DNA from: Octopus bimaculoides
Taxonomy: Eukaryota
NCBI RefSeq assembly: GCF_001194135.2
Contig: NC_068990.1
Coordinates: forward strand, 12,945,411-12,985,615
Reading direction: 5' to 3'
DNA: 40,205 nucleotides
This document shows positions 21,491-35,084 of the stretch, piece by piece. Numbering within the stretch: position 1 is the first letter of the stretch; each line of letters opens with the position of its first letter. The position numbers were made by a program, and so were the translations under genes. The notes beneath the pieces are model-generated. The model saw only the letters and a program-made list of their open reading frames with translations. It was not told the DNA's origin and made no database searches.

Positions 21491-23261
21491 TGTGTTGTGA
21501 TATTTCAAGAGTTTATCCAGCTGTGATTACTCACAAGTAGACATGTGCGTGTTATTAAATATAGAATATGCTAAAACATATTTTCGTAGTGCATTAGAAG
21601 TAATAAAGAAATAGGAAAAAAAAAAAAGGAAAAAAAATGTGATTGCCTGATACATTAAAAGTAACAGATTTGATGACACTCTTTAATAACATTGAATAAG
21701 TGATAACATGTTATTATTTTTATTATTACTACTACTACCATTACTGTTGTTGTTGTTGTTGTTGTTCTCGTCATCGTCCGTGGTTGATGCCACCATCTTC
21801 ACTGCTGCTACTACTGGTACTACTATGCATTTTTTTTTTTTTTTGCAAAATAATCGTATATAAATGACAAGCAATGGAATTTTAGATATCAAACAACTGA
21901 TAAATATAGTTAGTAGAAGAAGTGAGTTAGAGGGAGATACTGAAATGAATGATCTCTGTTGAGTTGATGCTAACCAAATACATGCTAACACAGAAAAGAA
22001 ATATCAAATGATGTATATAAATATATATGTATATATATATATATATATATNNNNNNNNNNNNNNNNNNNNNNNNNNNNNNNNNNNNNNNNNNNNNNNNNN
22101 NNNNNNNNNNNNNNNNNNNNNNNNNNNNNNNNNNNNNNNNNNNNNNNNNNNNNNNNNNNNNNNNNNNNNNNNNNNNNNNNNNNNNNNNNNNNNNNNNNNN
22201 NNTATATATGCATATATTTATACACATATATACACACACCAGCACAGGTATATTTGTAATAAACCTGTTGATAGACAGCAAATTCATTACCAAAAGTTAG
22301 GAATAAAGAAGAGTGTAAAAGCAAAGTAAAAGTTATGAGAAGTAAAAATTTTTAAAAACTTGGGTTAGCCCCCTCCCCTCCAACCACTTCTTGTTTCTGT
22401 TTTTTTTTTGTTTTTGCTTTACATTGTGTCTGTATTTTGTCGTTGGTATATTACTAAATTAAATATAATTTCTTCGCAATGATGAATTAATTAGTGTAAA
22501 AAAAAAAAGAAAGAAAAAGGAAATATTATGCTAGGATAAGAAGTCGTATTTATTTCATGGCGGAGAATAATTGAAGAATTAAGAGGAGGATTATGACATA
22601 TACTTTCTTTCAAGATAGTGGAACTTCTTTCGAATGAGTACTATGTGCTTATTTATTACTGTCCTCAGTTAGGGATATATATTTGATTTATGCAATATTT
22701 TGCAATGAAATGTTGATTCATATAATATTGATACATGGAGGCAAAAATGGAGTGAATAAAATACTGGAATATCATATTGTATGGGTTTTAAGTTCAAATT
22801 CTCCATAGACATCTTGTTTATTTTGGCCAGTATGATTTATTTGCCATCTATTACTTCATATAGAATAATTAAACTTAAGGTTGATATAACATTGGTCAGC
22901 CAGATACTACAGTTGATCAATAAGCTGGTTGATCAATTACATAGTGGCAAGAAGGTTTGAGGGAAAGCCATAAAAACAAGTTATTAGAACTAAATGGCTA
23001 AGTATATGAGATAGGGAAAGAAATATGTTTCAGATCAACTCAAGACACTTGTCAGACTTGTATGACTGTGAAATGTTATTTCATTTTCTGTCAAGTATGG
23101 ACGACGTCTCTAATTATATTCCAGCCTTATTTTGATCTCAGCATAACATTGCCTTCATCATATTTGCGGAAATAATGATGAAATAATCATGAATAAATCT
23201 ACAAGATTGTAAATTTTTTGGCAGATGAAAAAATGTAATTGTTTGTTAAATAATTTAAAGA

Positions 23262-23530
23262 CCAAAGCCTTGAGAGTGGATTTGGTAGACGGAAACTGAA
23301 AGAAGCCCATCCTATATATGTTTATATGTATACATATATGTATGTGTGTGTATATTTTTGTGTGTCTGTGTTTTCCCCCCAACATCACTTAACAATCGAT
23401 GCTGATGTGTTTACGTCCCCATAACTTAGCGGTTCGGCAAAAAGGGACTGGTAAAGTAAGTACTAGGCTTACAAAGAATAAGTCCTGGGGTCGATTTGCT
23501 TGACTAAAGGCAGTGCTCCAGTATGGCCAC
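23262..23530 (+). mobile_element. SINE family B, 5'-truncated
   Basis: accaaagccttgagagtggatttggtagacggaaactgaaagaagccc...gtcctggggtcgatttgcttgactaaaggc. Confidence 0.88.
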
Positions 23531-24535
23531 ATAATATTATTTTCATTTTCCCAACAATTTCATGCGATGACACCAGACTTATTCCAATCATATTAAGACT
23601 TTATCAACCTACTGTTTTGAGTTTTATCAAAGTCTTTCACTTTCTTTCATTGTTGAGTATATAGTGAGACTAAATCCTGTGCATGGTAGTGAATTTGTTG
23701 GACATTTCCCAAACCTTGATTGGGAACTTCCTTTTCTTTGTTATCCTCAAGCAGAATGAAATGAAATAAAATAAGCCACATTTTTCTTTTAACTAGATCG
23801 CAAGTGAAGGCATTGTCTTCATAGTCCATGTTTAATTTGGGAGCAAGTTGTTAGCTTGGTGGACTTTGTCCCTTTTTCAGACTATTAACAACAGAACAGA
23901 AATTGAAGATATGAAAAGTAAATGATAGAAGCTAGCTTAACTGAGAATCAAATCTGCATTGCAGACTATTACTCAACAATAAAATCTACTTCCATCCTTT
24001 ACTGAACAAATGACATTTATTTTTATAAAATGAAACAGTATCTCATGTTGAACTATCACCACCCTCTCGTTCTTTTAAATCTAAACTTATACAATGTTGA
24101 TATTATGAAGAAGTCTTTTATTTCGTTTTCTTGTCATCAGTGTCAGACATTCATAAATCATCCTCATTAATAACAGAATTTTCTTCTTTTTGTTTTTTTT
24201 TACATTAAAAAAAAAAAAAAATTTGTGGGGGATAAAAATAAATAAATAGATGAAATTAATCAATTTCAAGAGTTTAAAAATTTCTTTACTGGACTTTGGA
24301 GATGGAGGAGCCAAACTTTTATTCAGCTAAAGATGGTGGATCAGTGGAATTGGTAAGGTTAGAGAGAAAGATGAAATAAAATAGTATTTAGTCTTTACTT
24401 ACACTCTTCTCTTTGTAATTTGATTTCAAATTCCACTAGGGGTTGATTTCAATTTTCAACCTTCCAGGGTCAATATAATAAAGTACCAGCAACAAGTAAG
24501 GTTAATTTCTTTGGGTATTTCCCCCAAAAGAGTAG

Positions 24536-24752
24536 GGCAACAAGCTGACAAAATCATTAGCAGGCCAATCAAAATGCTTAGTAGCTTTTCACCTGTCTTT
24601 AAGTTCTGAGTTCAAATTCTGCTGAGATCAACTTTTCCTTTCATCCATTCAGGGATAATGAAATAAGTACTCTTTGATTACTGGGACTGATATAATCAAC
24701 TTACCCCCACCCCCCAAAATTGCTGGCCTTGTGCCAAAATTTGAAACCAATT
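24536..24752 (+). mobile_element. SINE family A; further degraded A fragments flank it at about 24400-24490 and 24775-24960
   Basis: gttctgagttcaaattctgctgagatcaact...gctggccttgtgccaaaatttgaaacc. Confidence 0.8.
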
Positions 24753-26007
24753 TTATATTTAAGGATGATGCAGAGCTGAATTAGTAAAGCAAAAGAGAAA
24801 ATAAAATGTTTTACAGTATTTAGTTATACCCTTTATGTTTGAACTCAATTCCCACCATTCTTGACTTAGCTTTTCATCCTTTCAGGGTCAACTAATGTAT
24901 TGATAAATTGATATAATTAACTAAATATTTTTCCCAAATATTCTGTCTTTGTGCCAGAGTGAGAATTTAACATTACATCTTTTCCATTTCAAAATTGGTT
25001 TTATGTATATTTTAATTACTTTTCACTGGATATCAGTACATGGCCTTAAAGTTAGATATTTTTATGCCAAACGATACCATGTGGTTGTTGAACTAGAACT
25101 GCAGTTATCTAGATTATAGTAAATTAACAGAGTTAGACTCAATTATACCTGTGATTATAGATTGGCCAATTACTTGTTAGTAATTATATTATTTAATTTT
25201 TCCCATATTTAGTTTCAGCTTTTCCTGGAATTAAAAAGACAATTAGAACTTTTTTCTTTTCCTTATTTGACAAATTTCCATGTTTCATAATATTTATGAT
25301 AATCTAGAGTTGATTGACTCTACTGAATATAAACAACCAGCATAATTCTCTTCTCTCCTATCAAGGGAACTGATACAACTGACGTATACTATGCAAATAT
25401 TTAGATGGGAGAGAGAGAAAGAGAGAGAACTAACATTCATTTCTTTAATTTTGGTGCATCATCGACTGCGTAATTAAACAACACATTTACTGACCACTCC
25501 CAAGTACTTTCTCTTATATGCAGCATTCATATAGAGCAACATCATTTCTGATAGCAATTACTGAATTCAAGCTTACATGAAAAGAAACCCGTCCTCAGAC
25601 AAAATTACTGACTTCCGATTTAAGAAGAAGAATTACAAATTTTATGCATTTAAACTTAATTAAATTAATCAATACATAATTAGAAACAGTTAAAAATAGT
25701 GCATCAGTAGAGCTAGTTGCAGTTGTACAAAGTATTCTCTTTCATCCAGTGCTATCTATATATCAAGCCCATTGCCTTGTGGCCACACCTGCAATTACAT
25801 GTATCTGGTGATTTCTAAGATATAGTTGCCCTCTTCCTTAGTTCCTCTGCCTCTCTCTCTTCATCCTGTTATTTTGCTGTATCTGTTAAAAGGTATGCTT
25901 TGCAATCACATATTTCCACATTCAGACCCACTGCACAGCATCTTGAGCATGAATGTGTGTATGTGTGTGTGTGTGTGTATGTGCATGTGTGTAAATGTAT
26001 CCATGTA

Positions 26008-26081
<74 letters not shown>

Positions 26082-26744
26082 TATATTAAAAATGGGGAAG
26101 ACGAATATATACTACTCTACATCTTAGAGCATATTTTTTTCTTTTGGATTTATGTTTTTTACAGACGATACATATATATAGATATATATATATGTGTGTA
26201 TATATATATCTATGTGTGTATATATATATATATGTGTGTGTATATGTATATATATATATATATAAGTAAATAAAAAAAACGAAATACAAACACAAGGAAA
26301 AACAACAAAATGAGGACATAGTACATGCAAAGTATTATCAGGGAAGAAAAGATGGTTTATCTTTTGAGCAAAGCTCTTCATCAGAAAGAGGAGATGGAGG
26401 AAAGTTCAAGTGAAAAGGAGGACAGAGGAAAAAAATCACCATGGTTACAGACAAATGAAAGGAAGAGGCTTTTAACATATTTAGTAGGAACTACATCTAT
26501 TATTATTTAAAAGAGTTTGATTTGGCCCTGTACAACTTAAAGTTTCATTGGCTCTTCAGGCTCATTTCGATCTGTTGAACCAAATAAACTTGGTTCCTGT
26601 GATAAGCTTGGTTCGTACGAAGCTCTAAGTGGCATGGAAATGAATCAAACTGTTTTAAATAATAATAATAAGGAGAAGAAGGAGTGAAAAGAGAAAGATG
26701 GGCTACAGCAGATATTCTGCTCAATACCACAGATTTATTTCTCC

Positions 26745-27110
26745 TTAACCAGTTGAGCATGTCCCTTGGTGGCTGATGATATGTGCCTCTCTGACCACAA
26801 GCAAGAGTAATGGGAAAGCATCATAGCCATGTGTTGAGAGGAATTCTTTAAGGTTTCATTAACCCTAATTAAGGGGCCTTTTGTGCTGGATGGTCTGCTT
26901 GACCTGAAGAAAACTAATACTGGGCCTCATCTGCAAGGTCATGCACTATTCATCTTGATATGAGGTCACGATGTCATGCACATATTATTGTGATGCATAT
27001 GCCTGGTGTACCCGTATCAGACAGGTAGTTATGATGGGTACATTGGGCTTCGTATATTTGTGCCCCAGCATCATTTTGATGGTGTGTGCTGCTCTCTCAT
27101 AACAATAATA
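26745..27110 (+). mobile_element. Probable non-LTR retrotransposon 3' end or derived repeat
   Basis: GC-richer block ending in an (AAT)n-like tail. Single copy here; recalled as an Octopus repeat, unverified. Confidence 0.45.
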
Positions 27111-27111
27111 A

Positions 27112-27312
27112 TGGTTTAAAATTTTGGTACAAGGCCAGCAAGTTCAGTAAAGAGGGGTAGTCAATTGCATCATGCCCATTGCTCAGCTGGTACTTATGAA
27201 AGTATGAAATGCAAAGTTGATTTTGGAAGTATTTGAACTCAGAACATGAAGCCAGACAAAATGCTGCAAAGCATTTTGCCTGATATGCTAATAATTCTGC
27301 CAGATTATTGCC
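27112..27312 (-). mobile_element. SINE family A, diverged
   Basis: ggtacaaggccagc...tttgaactcagaac...gctaataattctgccag. Confidence 0.75.
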
Positions 27313-27343
27313 TTAAGAATAATTATAATAATAATAGTAATAA

Positions 27344-27385
<42 letters not shown>

Positions 27386-27488
27386 TATAGATGTTTATGA
27401 TCTAGTTTGGATTCTTTGCCATCAAATTTGATGGCAAAGAATTCAAATTTGAGGGCAAAGAATCCAAACTAGATCACAAACATCTATA
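27386..27488. repeat. 103-bp palindrome with an internal 21-bp tandem duplication
   Basis: 35-bp arms 27386-27420 / 27454-27488 (1 mismatch); centre ccatcaaatttgatgg. Confidence 0.9.
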
Positions 27489-28004
27489 ATAATATTGAAA
27501 CACGCACGCACATTTATGTTCAGTGGTCCTTGACATTTGATTGATAAAAACTGAATGGATCTCCATCAGATCAAGATTTAGTCTGTTCCTCAGCGTAACA
27601 TCACTAATTCTAGGTGCTTTAGTCTGTTGCTAGCATTAGACCAGAGCTCAAGTCTGAGGATAGTTACCTCTTATGTTTTAGGTCTTTCTTTTTCTCCTGA
27701 AAATCTCAGTCTTTATGAAAAATTATAACTACAGCTCTTCCTCCACTGACACAGCTATAAAAACATAACACACATGCACACAAACAAACAATACACTTCA
27801 ATGTTTTTTGTTTTGATGAGAGACAAAGTCAAAATTTATAGAGGTGACTAGACAGTTGTTTAAATTATCTTTAATGTAGTACTATCTCATAGAGACAGAC
27901 TATCAATAAACAATGACTTAAACCACCACATGGTTTCTTTTAAAGCAAGATATACTGAGGATTGCTAATATACATACATATATATATATATATATCATCA
28001 TCAG

Positions 28005-28445
28005 CATCATAATTTAACGTCTGCTTTCCATGCTAGCATGCGTTGGACGATTTGATGGCAGCACCAGACTCCAATCTGATCTGGCAGAGTATCTACAGCA
28101 GGATGCCCTTCCTAATGCCAACCACTCCGTGAGTGTAGTGGGTTCATTTTACATGCCACCAGCACGAGGGCCAGTTCGGCGGTACTGGCAATGACCATGC
28201 TCAAATGGTGTTTTTTTACATGCCACCTGCACAGGAGTCAGTCCAATGTTTTGTTCACATGCCACCGGCACAAGTGCCAGTAAGGTGAAGCTGGAAGCAA
28301 TCGCACTCAAATGGTGCTTTTTACATGCCACCAGCATGGAAGCAAGACCACTGCTCTGGCAGTGATCCTGCTCGGATGGTGCTGTTAGTGCTCCACTGGC
28401 ATGGGTGGTAGTCATCGAATTTGGTTCAGTTTCGATCTCACTTGC
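28005..28445 (-). mobile_element. Repeat family C, long copy with (GAT)n-type tail and four tttacatgccacc units
   Basis: Reverse complement aligns with 35085-35350; internal units at about 28148, 28216, 28253 and 28319. Confidence 0.85.
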
Positions 28446-28814
28446 CCCAACATGTCTTATATATATAATATATAAAAAATTAAGTATCTATGTCTGTATT
28501 AAACATACACCATATATACATATTTATATACATAAGTATATTTAAAGGAATAGGCTAAGCAAAATCTAAGGTTTATTATTCTAGTGAATGGGAGGAATAA
28601 GAAAGAAAAAACACAAAAAGCTGGCTTACAGTTTTTAAGTAATACCTGATACCTCCGTGGTTACAGCAACAGTAAGAGAATCAGTGGAGTAATGGACAAA
28701 AATACATTTGAGTACAAATAGATGCAAGACGTACTGCAATAATCTTATCTTTACAGCTGTTTCAGATGAACAATGACTGGTACTGTTACCATGAAAAATG
28801 CATTCTCCAACGTA

Positions 28815-29061
<247 letters not shown>

Positions 29062-29650
29062 CATGCACTCACATACACAAACACATGACAGGCTTCTTTT
29101 GAAGTATAGATAAAAATAAATACCAGTCAAATACCAGATTCCATTCATTCTGTCATTTGTTCATTCATTCCTTAAATTTGGGGTCTTGTGCCCATGTTAG
29201 AAATTAGTAATGAAATTAATTTTATCAGCTCCTTAAAACTGAAATACAAAGTTTGACACTAATGAGATTTTTGAAGTCAGAACATAGATAACTAGAGTTC
29301 TGCCACCAATTTTGCCTGGTAGACATTTAAGTGGAGGTTTGAACTCATTTTCATATTTCTTTGAAGGATAAACACAAAGAGTAGATAAAATTAGTGAATA
29401 GCATTGCATGCAAGTCATTGGTGAAAATAGCTGGACACAATGACATTCCTTGGGTATTCTAAAGGTTAAAATAGCTAAATCAATTCTAAAGACAACTTCC
29501 TGCCTCTCATGATTTGCTAAACCTAACACTTCCTTCTGTTTGTTTAGGTATGATTAATGTTATTCAAATTCATTTATATACATACATAAATACATATATA
29601 CATACATATACATATATATATATATATGTGTGTATGTATGTATGCATATA

Positions 29651-29681
<31 letters not shown>

Positions 29682-30253
29682 GTATTATGTATACATATAT
29701 TTACTTATGTATATATATATATATATGTATGTATGTATACATATATTTATCTATGTATATATATATATATGTACATATATGTATTATGTATACATATATT
29801 TATTTATGTATATATNNNNNNNNNNNNNNNNNNNNNNNNNNNNNNNNNNNNNNNNNNNNNNNNNNNNNNATACACATATATATATATATGTATGTATACA
29901 TATATTTATATATATATATATATATTTATGCAAGCATACACACTCAGAGAGAAAGAGTGAAAGAGCTAATTTATCAAATTTGTATTGAATGTCACATCGT
30001 AACCTGCAGCCTATGAGTAAAATCAGATTTTGTGATGTAATCAACCCTTATTTGGATATATGTGCATTAATATTTCATATTCTCTCATGTATTTACACTA
30101 GGCTTATATTTTGAATATAGTATGTAAGAATATACTTTCTCCAGCTTTTAAACTTTCTTCTCACATATGATTTCTTATGTACGGTAGCATTTCAAAATGA
30201 TAACATACAGTGGGCTGAAATATTTCATCCACCTCATATTATCCATACAATTT

Positions 30254-30656
30254 GGAGGAGTGGCTGTGTGGTAAGTAGCTTGCCTACCAACCACATGGTT
30301 CCGGGTTCAGACCCACTGCATGGCACCTTGGGCAAGTGTCTTTTACTATAACCTCGGGCCGACCAAAGCCTTGTGAGTGGATTTGGTAAACGGAAACTGA
30401 AAGAAGCCCGTCGTATATATGTATATATAGATATGTATATGTTTGTGTGTCTGTGTTTGTCCCCCCACTATTCCTTGACAACCGATGCTGGTGTGCTTAC
30501 GTCCCCCGTAACTTAGTGGTTCAGCAAAAAGAGACTGATAGAATAAGTACTAGGCTTACAAAGAATAAGTCCTGGGGTTGATTTTCTTGACTAAAGGTGG
30601 TGCTCCAGCACGGCCACAGTCAAATGACTGAAACAAGGAAAAGAGTAACAGAGTAA
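30254..30656 (+). mobile_element. SINE family B, full length
   Basis: A-box-like tggctgtgtgg, B-box-like ggttcagaccc, CORE-like ccttgggcaagtgtc, internal TA/GT tract and (AAGAGT)-type tail. Confidence 0.9.
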
Positions 30657-30754
30657 GTGTGTGTCCGAAGCAGTATTCTGAATATAAAAACAACAATCAA
30701 GGGAGATAACTGAAATATAATCAACCAGTCATTTGATATATTTTATTTTTTACT

Positions 30755-31143
30755 TCTTTCAGTCATTAGATTGTGGCCATGTTGGGGCACTGCCTTGAAG
30801 GATTTTAATCAAATGAATCAACCCCAGTACTTTTATGAAGCTTGGTGCTTATTCAATCAGCCTCTTTTGCTGAACTGCTATGTTACAAGATGTTAACACA
30901 CTAAAACCAGTTGTCAATCAGTGGTGTGATACAAATGCAGACACAAAAATATATATATATATTTGTGTGTGTGTATGTGTATGTAACATACAAAGACCTT
31001 CCTTCAGTTTCTGTCTTCCAAATCCACTCATAAGACTTTGGTCAGCCTGTAGCCTGAAGCTGCAATAGAAGACACTTGACTAAGATGCCACTGAACCTGG
31101 GACCATGAGGTTGGAAAGCAAACCTCTTACCACACAGCCATGT
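30755..31143 (-). mobile_element. SINE family B, diverged near-full copy
   Basis: Reverse complement of family B; tail-to-tail with 30254-30656. Confidence 0.8.
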
Positions 31144-31209
31144 TTCAGTTTCATTAGATCTTCTCAGCAAACTGTGTTCCGTCCACTTGGGAAAACTTGG
31201 AAGTAATTA

Positions 31210-31348
31210 ATATATATATATATATATATTGAAGAGTGGCAGAACCGTTAGTATGCTGGGTGAAATGCTTCAAGGAATTTCATGTGTTTTTACGTTCAGA
31301 GTTCAAATTCTGCAGAGGTCAACTTTGCTTTTCATCCTTTCAGGGTCG
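31210..31348 (+). mobile_element. SINE family A, 3'-truncated
   Basis: gagtggcagaaccgttag...gagttcaaattctgcagaggtcaactttgc. Confidence 0.8.
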
Positions 31349-31374
31349 GTTTCCCAGTTTTATGGTATATATAT

Positions 31375-31512
31375 TCCCCACCTTAAAGGAACATCGTCCA
31401 TCATAGAATTACTGATTTTTGTCAACTGAGTGGACAGGAGCAATGTGAAATGAAGTATTTTGCTCAAGAACACAACATTTCACCTGGTCTAGGAATTGGA
31501 ACCACAATTTTA
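31375..31512 (-). mobile_element. SINE family D, head cut off at the H1 palindrome
   Basis: ctgagtggacaggagcaatgtgaaatgaagta...ggaattggaaccacaatttta aligns with 11730-11863. Confidence 0.8.
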
Positions 31513-31631
31513 CAGATATTTGTCCTCATTTTGTTTGTTGTTAACACAACGTTTTATCAGTCAAAACGTTGTGTTAACAACAAAGAAGATGAGGACAAAT
31601 ATCTGTCAAATGTAAATAATGTAAATAATGT
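31513..31631 (+). mobile_element. Penelope-like H1 fold-back stub
   Basis: 43-bp arms 31513-31555 / 31563-31605 (2 mismatches) with the 7-nt spacer atcagtc; the right arm continues as the H1 tail. Confidence 0.85.
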
Positions 31632-31667
31632 ATCTAGGATTCTGTTGTACAGTGTGACTTGTTTATT

Positions 31668-31895
31668 TTAAAGACTAGCATTTAATCTAGTCATATACAG
31701 CCCTAGCATTCCATTTGTTTTATGTTTAAACTGAGCAGATTCAACCTCTTGCACCTACCCTACAATATCATTCTAAAAATATACAAAAACATCATTGAAA
31801 TTTTGTAGCAATAAGATAATGCATGATTAATTGAAAACAATGTGAATTACATAAGCAATGCATTTGATAAAAAAATCTGAATGCTGAAAGGTTAA
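31668..31895 (-). mobile_element. Second piggyBac-like TTAA MITE family (P2)
   Basis: Bounded by ttaa; degenerate TIRs ttaaagactagcat / atgctgaaaggttaa. Family identity is from recall. Confidence 0.5.
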
Positions 31896-32569
31896 AAGTT
31901 TAGTTTGTAAAGTGAAGTTAAATAACTTCAGTTAAGAATTGAAACTGATTCACAGATAGGTCAGCAAAAAGATTGCTTTTTTTACTTTATATACTTCTTC
32001 TCCACAAATGTAATTACAACAGTCTACAGTTAAAAAGGATGTATAATTATTTTAGCTGTGTTGAAGCCAACAACCTTGGTTGGTGGTGTCTTAAATTATA
32101 GATATTTATTAAAGTTAAGACTAATATATCCGAATGGACCTAATGACAGTTCTCAATGATAATATACAATATAATGTAATTTAAATGTGCTCAAAAGTAG
32201 CATCTCTACTTCCTTAAAATCTATCCTAGAATAGCATTTGGCAAATTACACAAAAATCAAACAAATAAGCAAAACTAACAAAATTAATTATTTGAAGTTT
32301 TTATTGAAATAGTATTCAATGGTAACGTAAAAAATCAAAATGCATAATGTTAGATTAAGAAACAACTTTTTGCAGGATATAAATAATGTCAATTATTTTA
32401 AATATGGAAATTCTAATTAACAAAATGGTTAAGCAAGGTGCCAAAGTTGAATCACTTCAGAAACTAAGACTGTATTAGAAATATATAAATAGCTTTGTTA
32501 ACGAAGATTATGTAGATTAGAATCTTCACTACAGTAATAGTATTGATAATGACAAGGAGACTAAGAATA

Positions 32570-32606
32570 ACTGTAATAAGAATATTACTATTGCTACTGT
32601 CACTGT

Positions 32607-32640
<34 letters not shown>

Positions 32641-32762
32641 GGTAGTAATAATAAGAGGAACACAATGCAGCAAACACCTCAGGAAAATGGAGGTGCACCA
32701 GGTGGTGCAGCATATGCTTGCTTAAAATTATCAAAGAAAAACTTATAATGATGAAGATGATG

Positions 32763-32826
<64 letters not shown>
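32570..32826. repeat. (ACT)n and (AAT)n microsatellites
   Basis: Directly visible; further (AAT)n runs at about 32985-33040 and 33285-33342. Confidence 0.9.
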
Positions 32827-32827
<1 letters not shown>

Positions 32828-32968
32828 CCTTTCTACTAAAGGCACAAGGCTTGAAATTTTAAGGGAGAGGACTAGTTGATGTAATCAATCCCAGTCTTTC
32901 GCTGATACTTATAATTTATCAACCCCCAAAAGGATGAAAGGCAAAGTTGACCTCAATGGAATTTGAAA
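32827..32968 (-). mobile_element. SINE family A, 5'-truncated, with (AAT)n at its tail
   Basis: cctttctactaaaggcacaaggc...ggatgaaaggcaaagttgacctcaatggaatttgaa. Confidence 0.85.
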
Positions 32969-33006
32969 CAGCAACACTAATAACACTAATAATAATAATA
33001 ATAATG

Positions 33007-33040
<34 letters not shown>

Positions 33041-33041
<1 letters not shown>

Positions 33042-33119
33042 CCTTTTTACTATAGGCACAAGGCCTGGATTTTGTGGGGAGGGGGATAGTCGATCACATC
33101 GATCCTAGTACTCAACTGG
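33041..33119 (-). mobile_element. SINE family A 3' end, running into a gap
   Basis: cctttttactataggcacaaggcc...gtcgatcacatcgatcctagtactcaactgg. Confidence 0.8.
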
Positions 33120-33304
33120 NNNNNNNNNNNNNNNNNNNNNNNNNNNNNNNNNNNNNNNNNNNNNNNNNNNNNNNNNNNNNNNNNNNNNNNNNNNNNNNNN
33201 NNNNNNNNNNNNNNNNNNNNNNNNNNNNNNNNNNNNNNNNNNNNNNNNNNNNNNNNNNNNNNNNNNNNNNNNNNNNNNNNNNNNTAATAATAATAATAAT
33301 AATG

Positions 33305-33343
<39 letters not shown>

Positions 33344-35084
33344 GTCTGTACTTTAAGTATAAGGCTACAACTTCGATGGAATTGACCACATATGTAATTG
33401 GTACTTTTTTTTTTGACTGAGCTGGAGGTGAAAGGGCAGAACCCATGGCCTCAGATCCTCTGAGACTGATAATGGAAGAGGAAGAAAGGAAGAATCAACA
33501 GTTGATAAGTTTATTTTGCTGCCGTAGGAAAGGAATCAATAGTTTGGATTTTGCAGTTTTAGATATATTTCTAAAATGGTAGAATAGTCATGGATGGAGT
33601 GTATTTGATCATCAACTGCAATAACAGCTTACTTCCAGTTATTTTGTGAAGTGGTGGTGGAGCCACTGTGTTGTTGCTAAGCAACCACTTTACCTCAAGC
33701 CACATCTTACTTTCATGATGCACAAAGACAAGTTGAAGAATGTAGTCTTAAATGTATATAGAGAAAGACTGGAGGGCCACAGGTGGAATGCCTTTTATCA
33801 TAGGTCTGCTGAATCAGGAATAACTTGGAACAAAACAATATATTAATACAAAAAAAATATCTGACAAAGATATATTCTCTGGAGGAAAAAATACGTAGCA
33901 AGAATCTTGTATCTAAATACTTGTGAAAATTCTGGAACAATTGTGAAGAAATATATATTTTATCTAATTGAATGTGCTAAACTACATCCTAAATTTAGAG
34001 TTCTGGGAATTGTCAAACCAACAGCAATAAAAAAAGTTTCTTTTTTTTTCATTTGATAGTTTTGATGTCTAGAAGTGACTTCTGTAAGCTTTTCCAATTA
34101 ATCATGCTAGAATGTAAAAATAAGCTATTCAAAATTGTTAGATGTACTGGCCACTACATAAAATGAAGAATTAACTAGTACGTGCCCCTTCCCATTATGT
34201 AAATCCTAAGATTAACTTGTGATTTTTCTTTTCTTTTTTTTTTTGGCTTATGTTCTAGTTTTAGTTTATTCAAATGTTCCTTGAGCAGATGTAAAAAAAA
34301 AATAACAAATGGTATTTTTCTTTTATTATGAAGCCATTTGATGTTACAACTGAACATTTCAATTATTGATGATGTCATATAACAGACATCACAACTCAAT
34401 ACTCCAAGCTGCTCATGACATATAATATCAGTCACATCCAATTTTCAATTGAAAATAAAAACCAAATAAAAAAAAAACACAAAAAAAACAAAGAAAAATC
34501 GAAAAACTCAACTGAGATTCAAAATTGGGTTGTAAATTTGTTGTGCCATAAGAATAATTATATTCCCCAGCAGTGCTTGCAGCGACAGACAGACAAGAAA
34601 GTATGAAACTTTAACAGATGGCAAAGTATAAATGGCTATTTTCAGAAATTTAAAAGAAATAGTTTGAAATAAATCTATTATCAATAGCAAAGCTAGCCAA
34701 GTTTAGTGCTCATCTTTAGCAGAGATATGGCATCGATCATGATCATGAAATCAAGAATTGATTATTTAATTTGCATTGATTTTTCACATTGATGCAAGGT
34801 CACATATTCGTAAAGACAGAAGGCAGAATATAGTTTATTAAAGAAACCCTATAACATACAAGGTACAAGTTTATATAATAATAAATGAACAAAATATGTG
34901 TCTTGTCCATTGTTTGAAACCATCAAAATGAGTATCAGTCATGTAGTGATCATAATTCAATAAAACGTACTCCTCAACTCCATGTCCCCAACAAATTTGT
35001 CACTCAGTTTCATCATATGGGATCATTATTATTTTTGTATTTCGTTTTTTTTTTTCACTTTACTTGTGTCAGTCATTTGACTGC

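Noticed and set aside
23560-23880. Minus-strand peptide with KDFDK, faintly like a LINE reverse-transcriptase motif
   Set aside because: The surrounding residues do not match RT motifs and the frames contain several stops.
21882-26690. Possible plus-strand small exons (about 21882-21917, 24327-24352, 26560-26688) with plausible splice sites
   Set aside because: The splice signals are individually plausible, but the peptides are unrecognisable and no consistent model can be supported without RNA data.
26774-26830. CTGATGA...GAAA spacing suggesting a hammerhead
   Set aside because: Neither stem II nor stem I pairs convincingly.
28148-28340. Repeat-spacer pattern (tttacatgccacc x4) resembling CRISPR
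   Set aside because: Spacers 1 and 3 are homologous, spacing is irregular, there are no cas genes, the context is eukaryotic, and it lies inside repeat family C.
29233-29529. 98-aa non-low-complexity minus-strand ORF
   Set aside because: No recognisable domain, no ATG start, and no paired splice signals; an ORF of this length is expected occasionally by chance.
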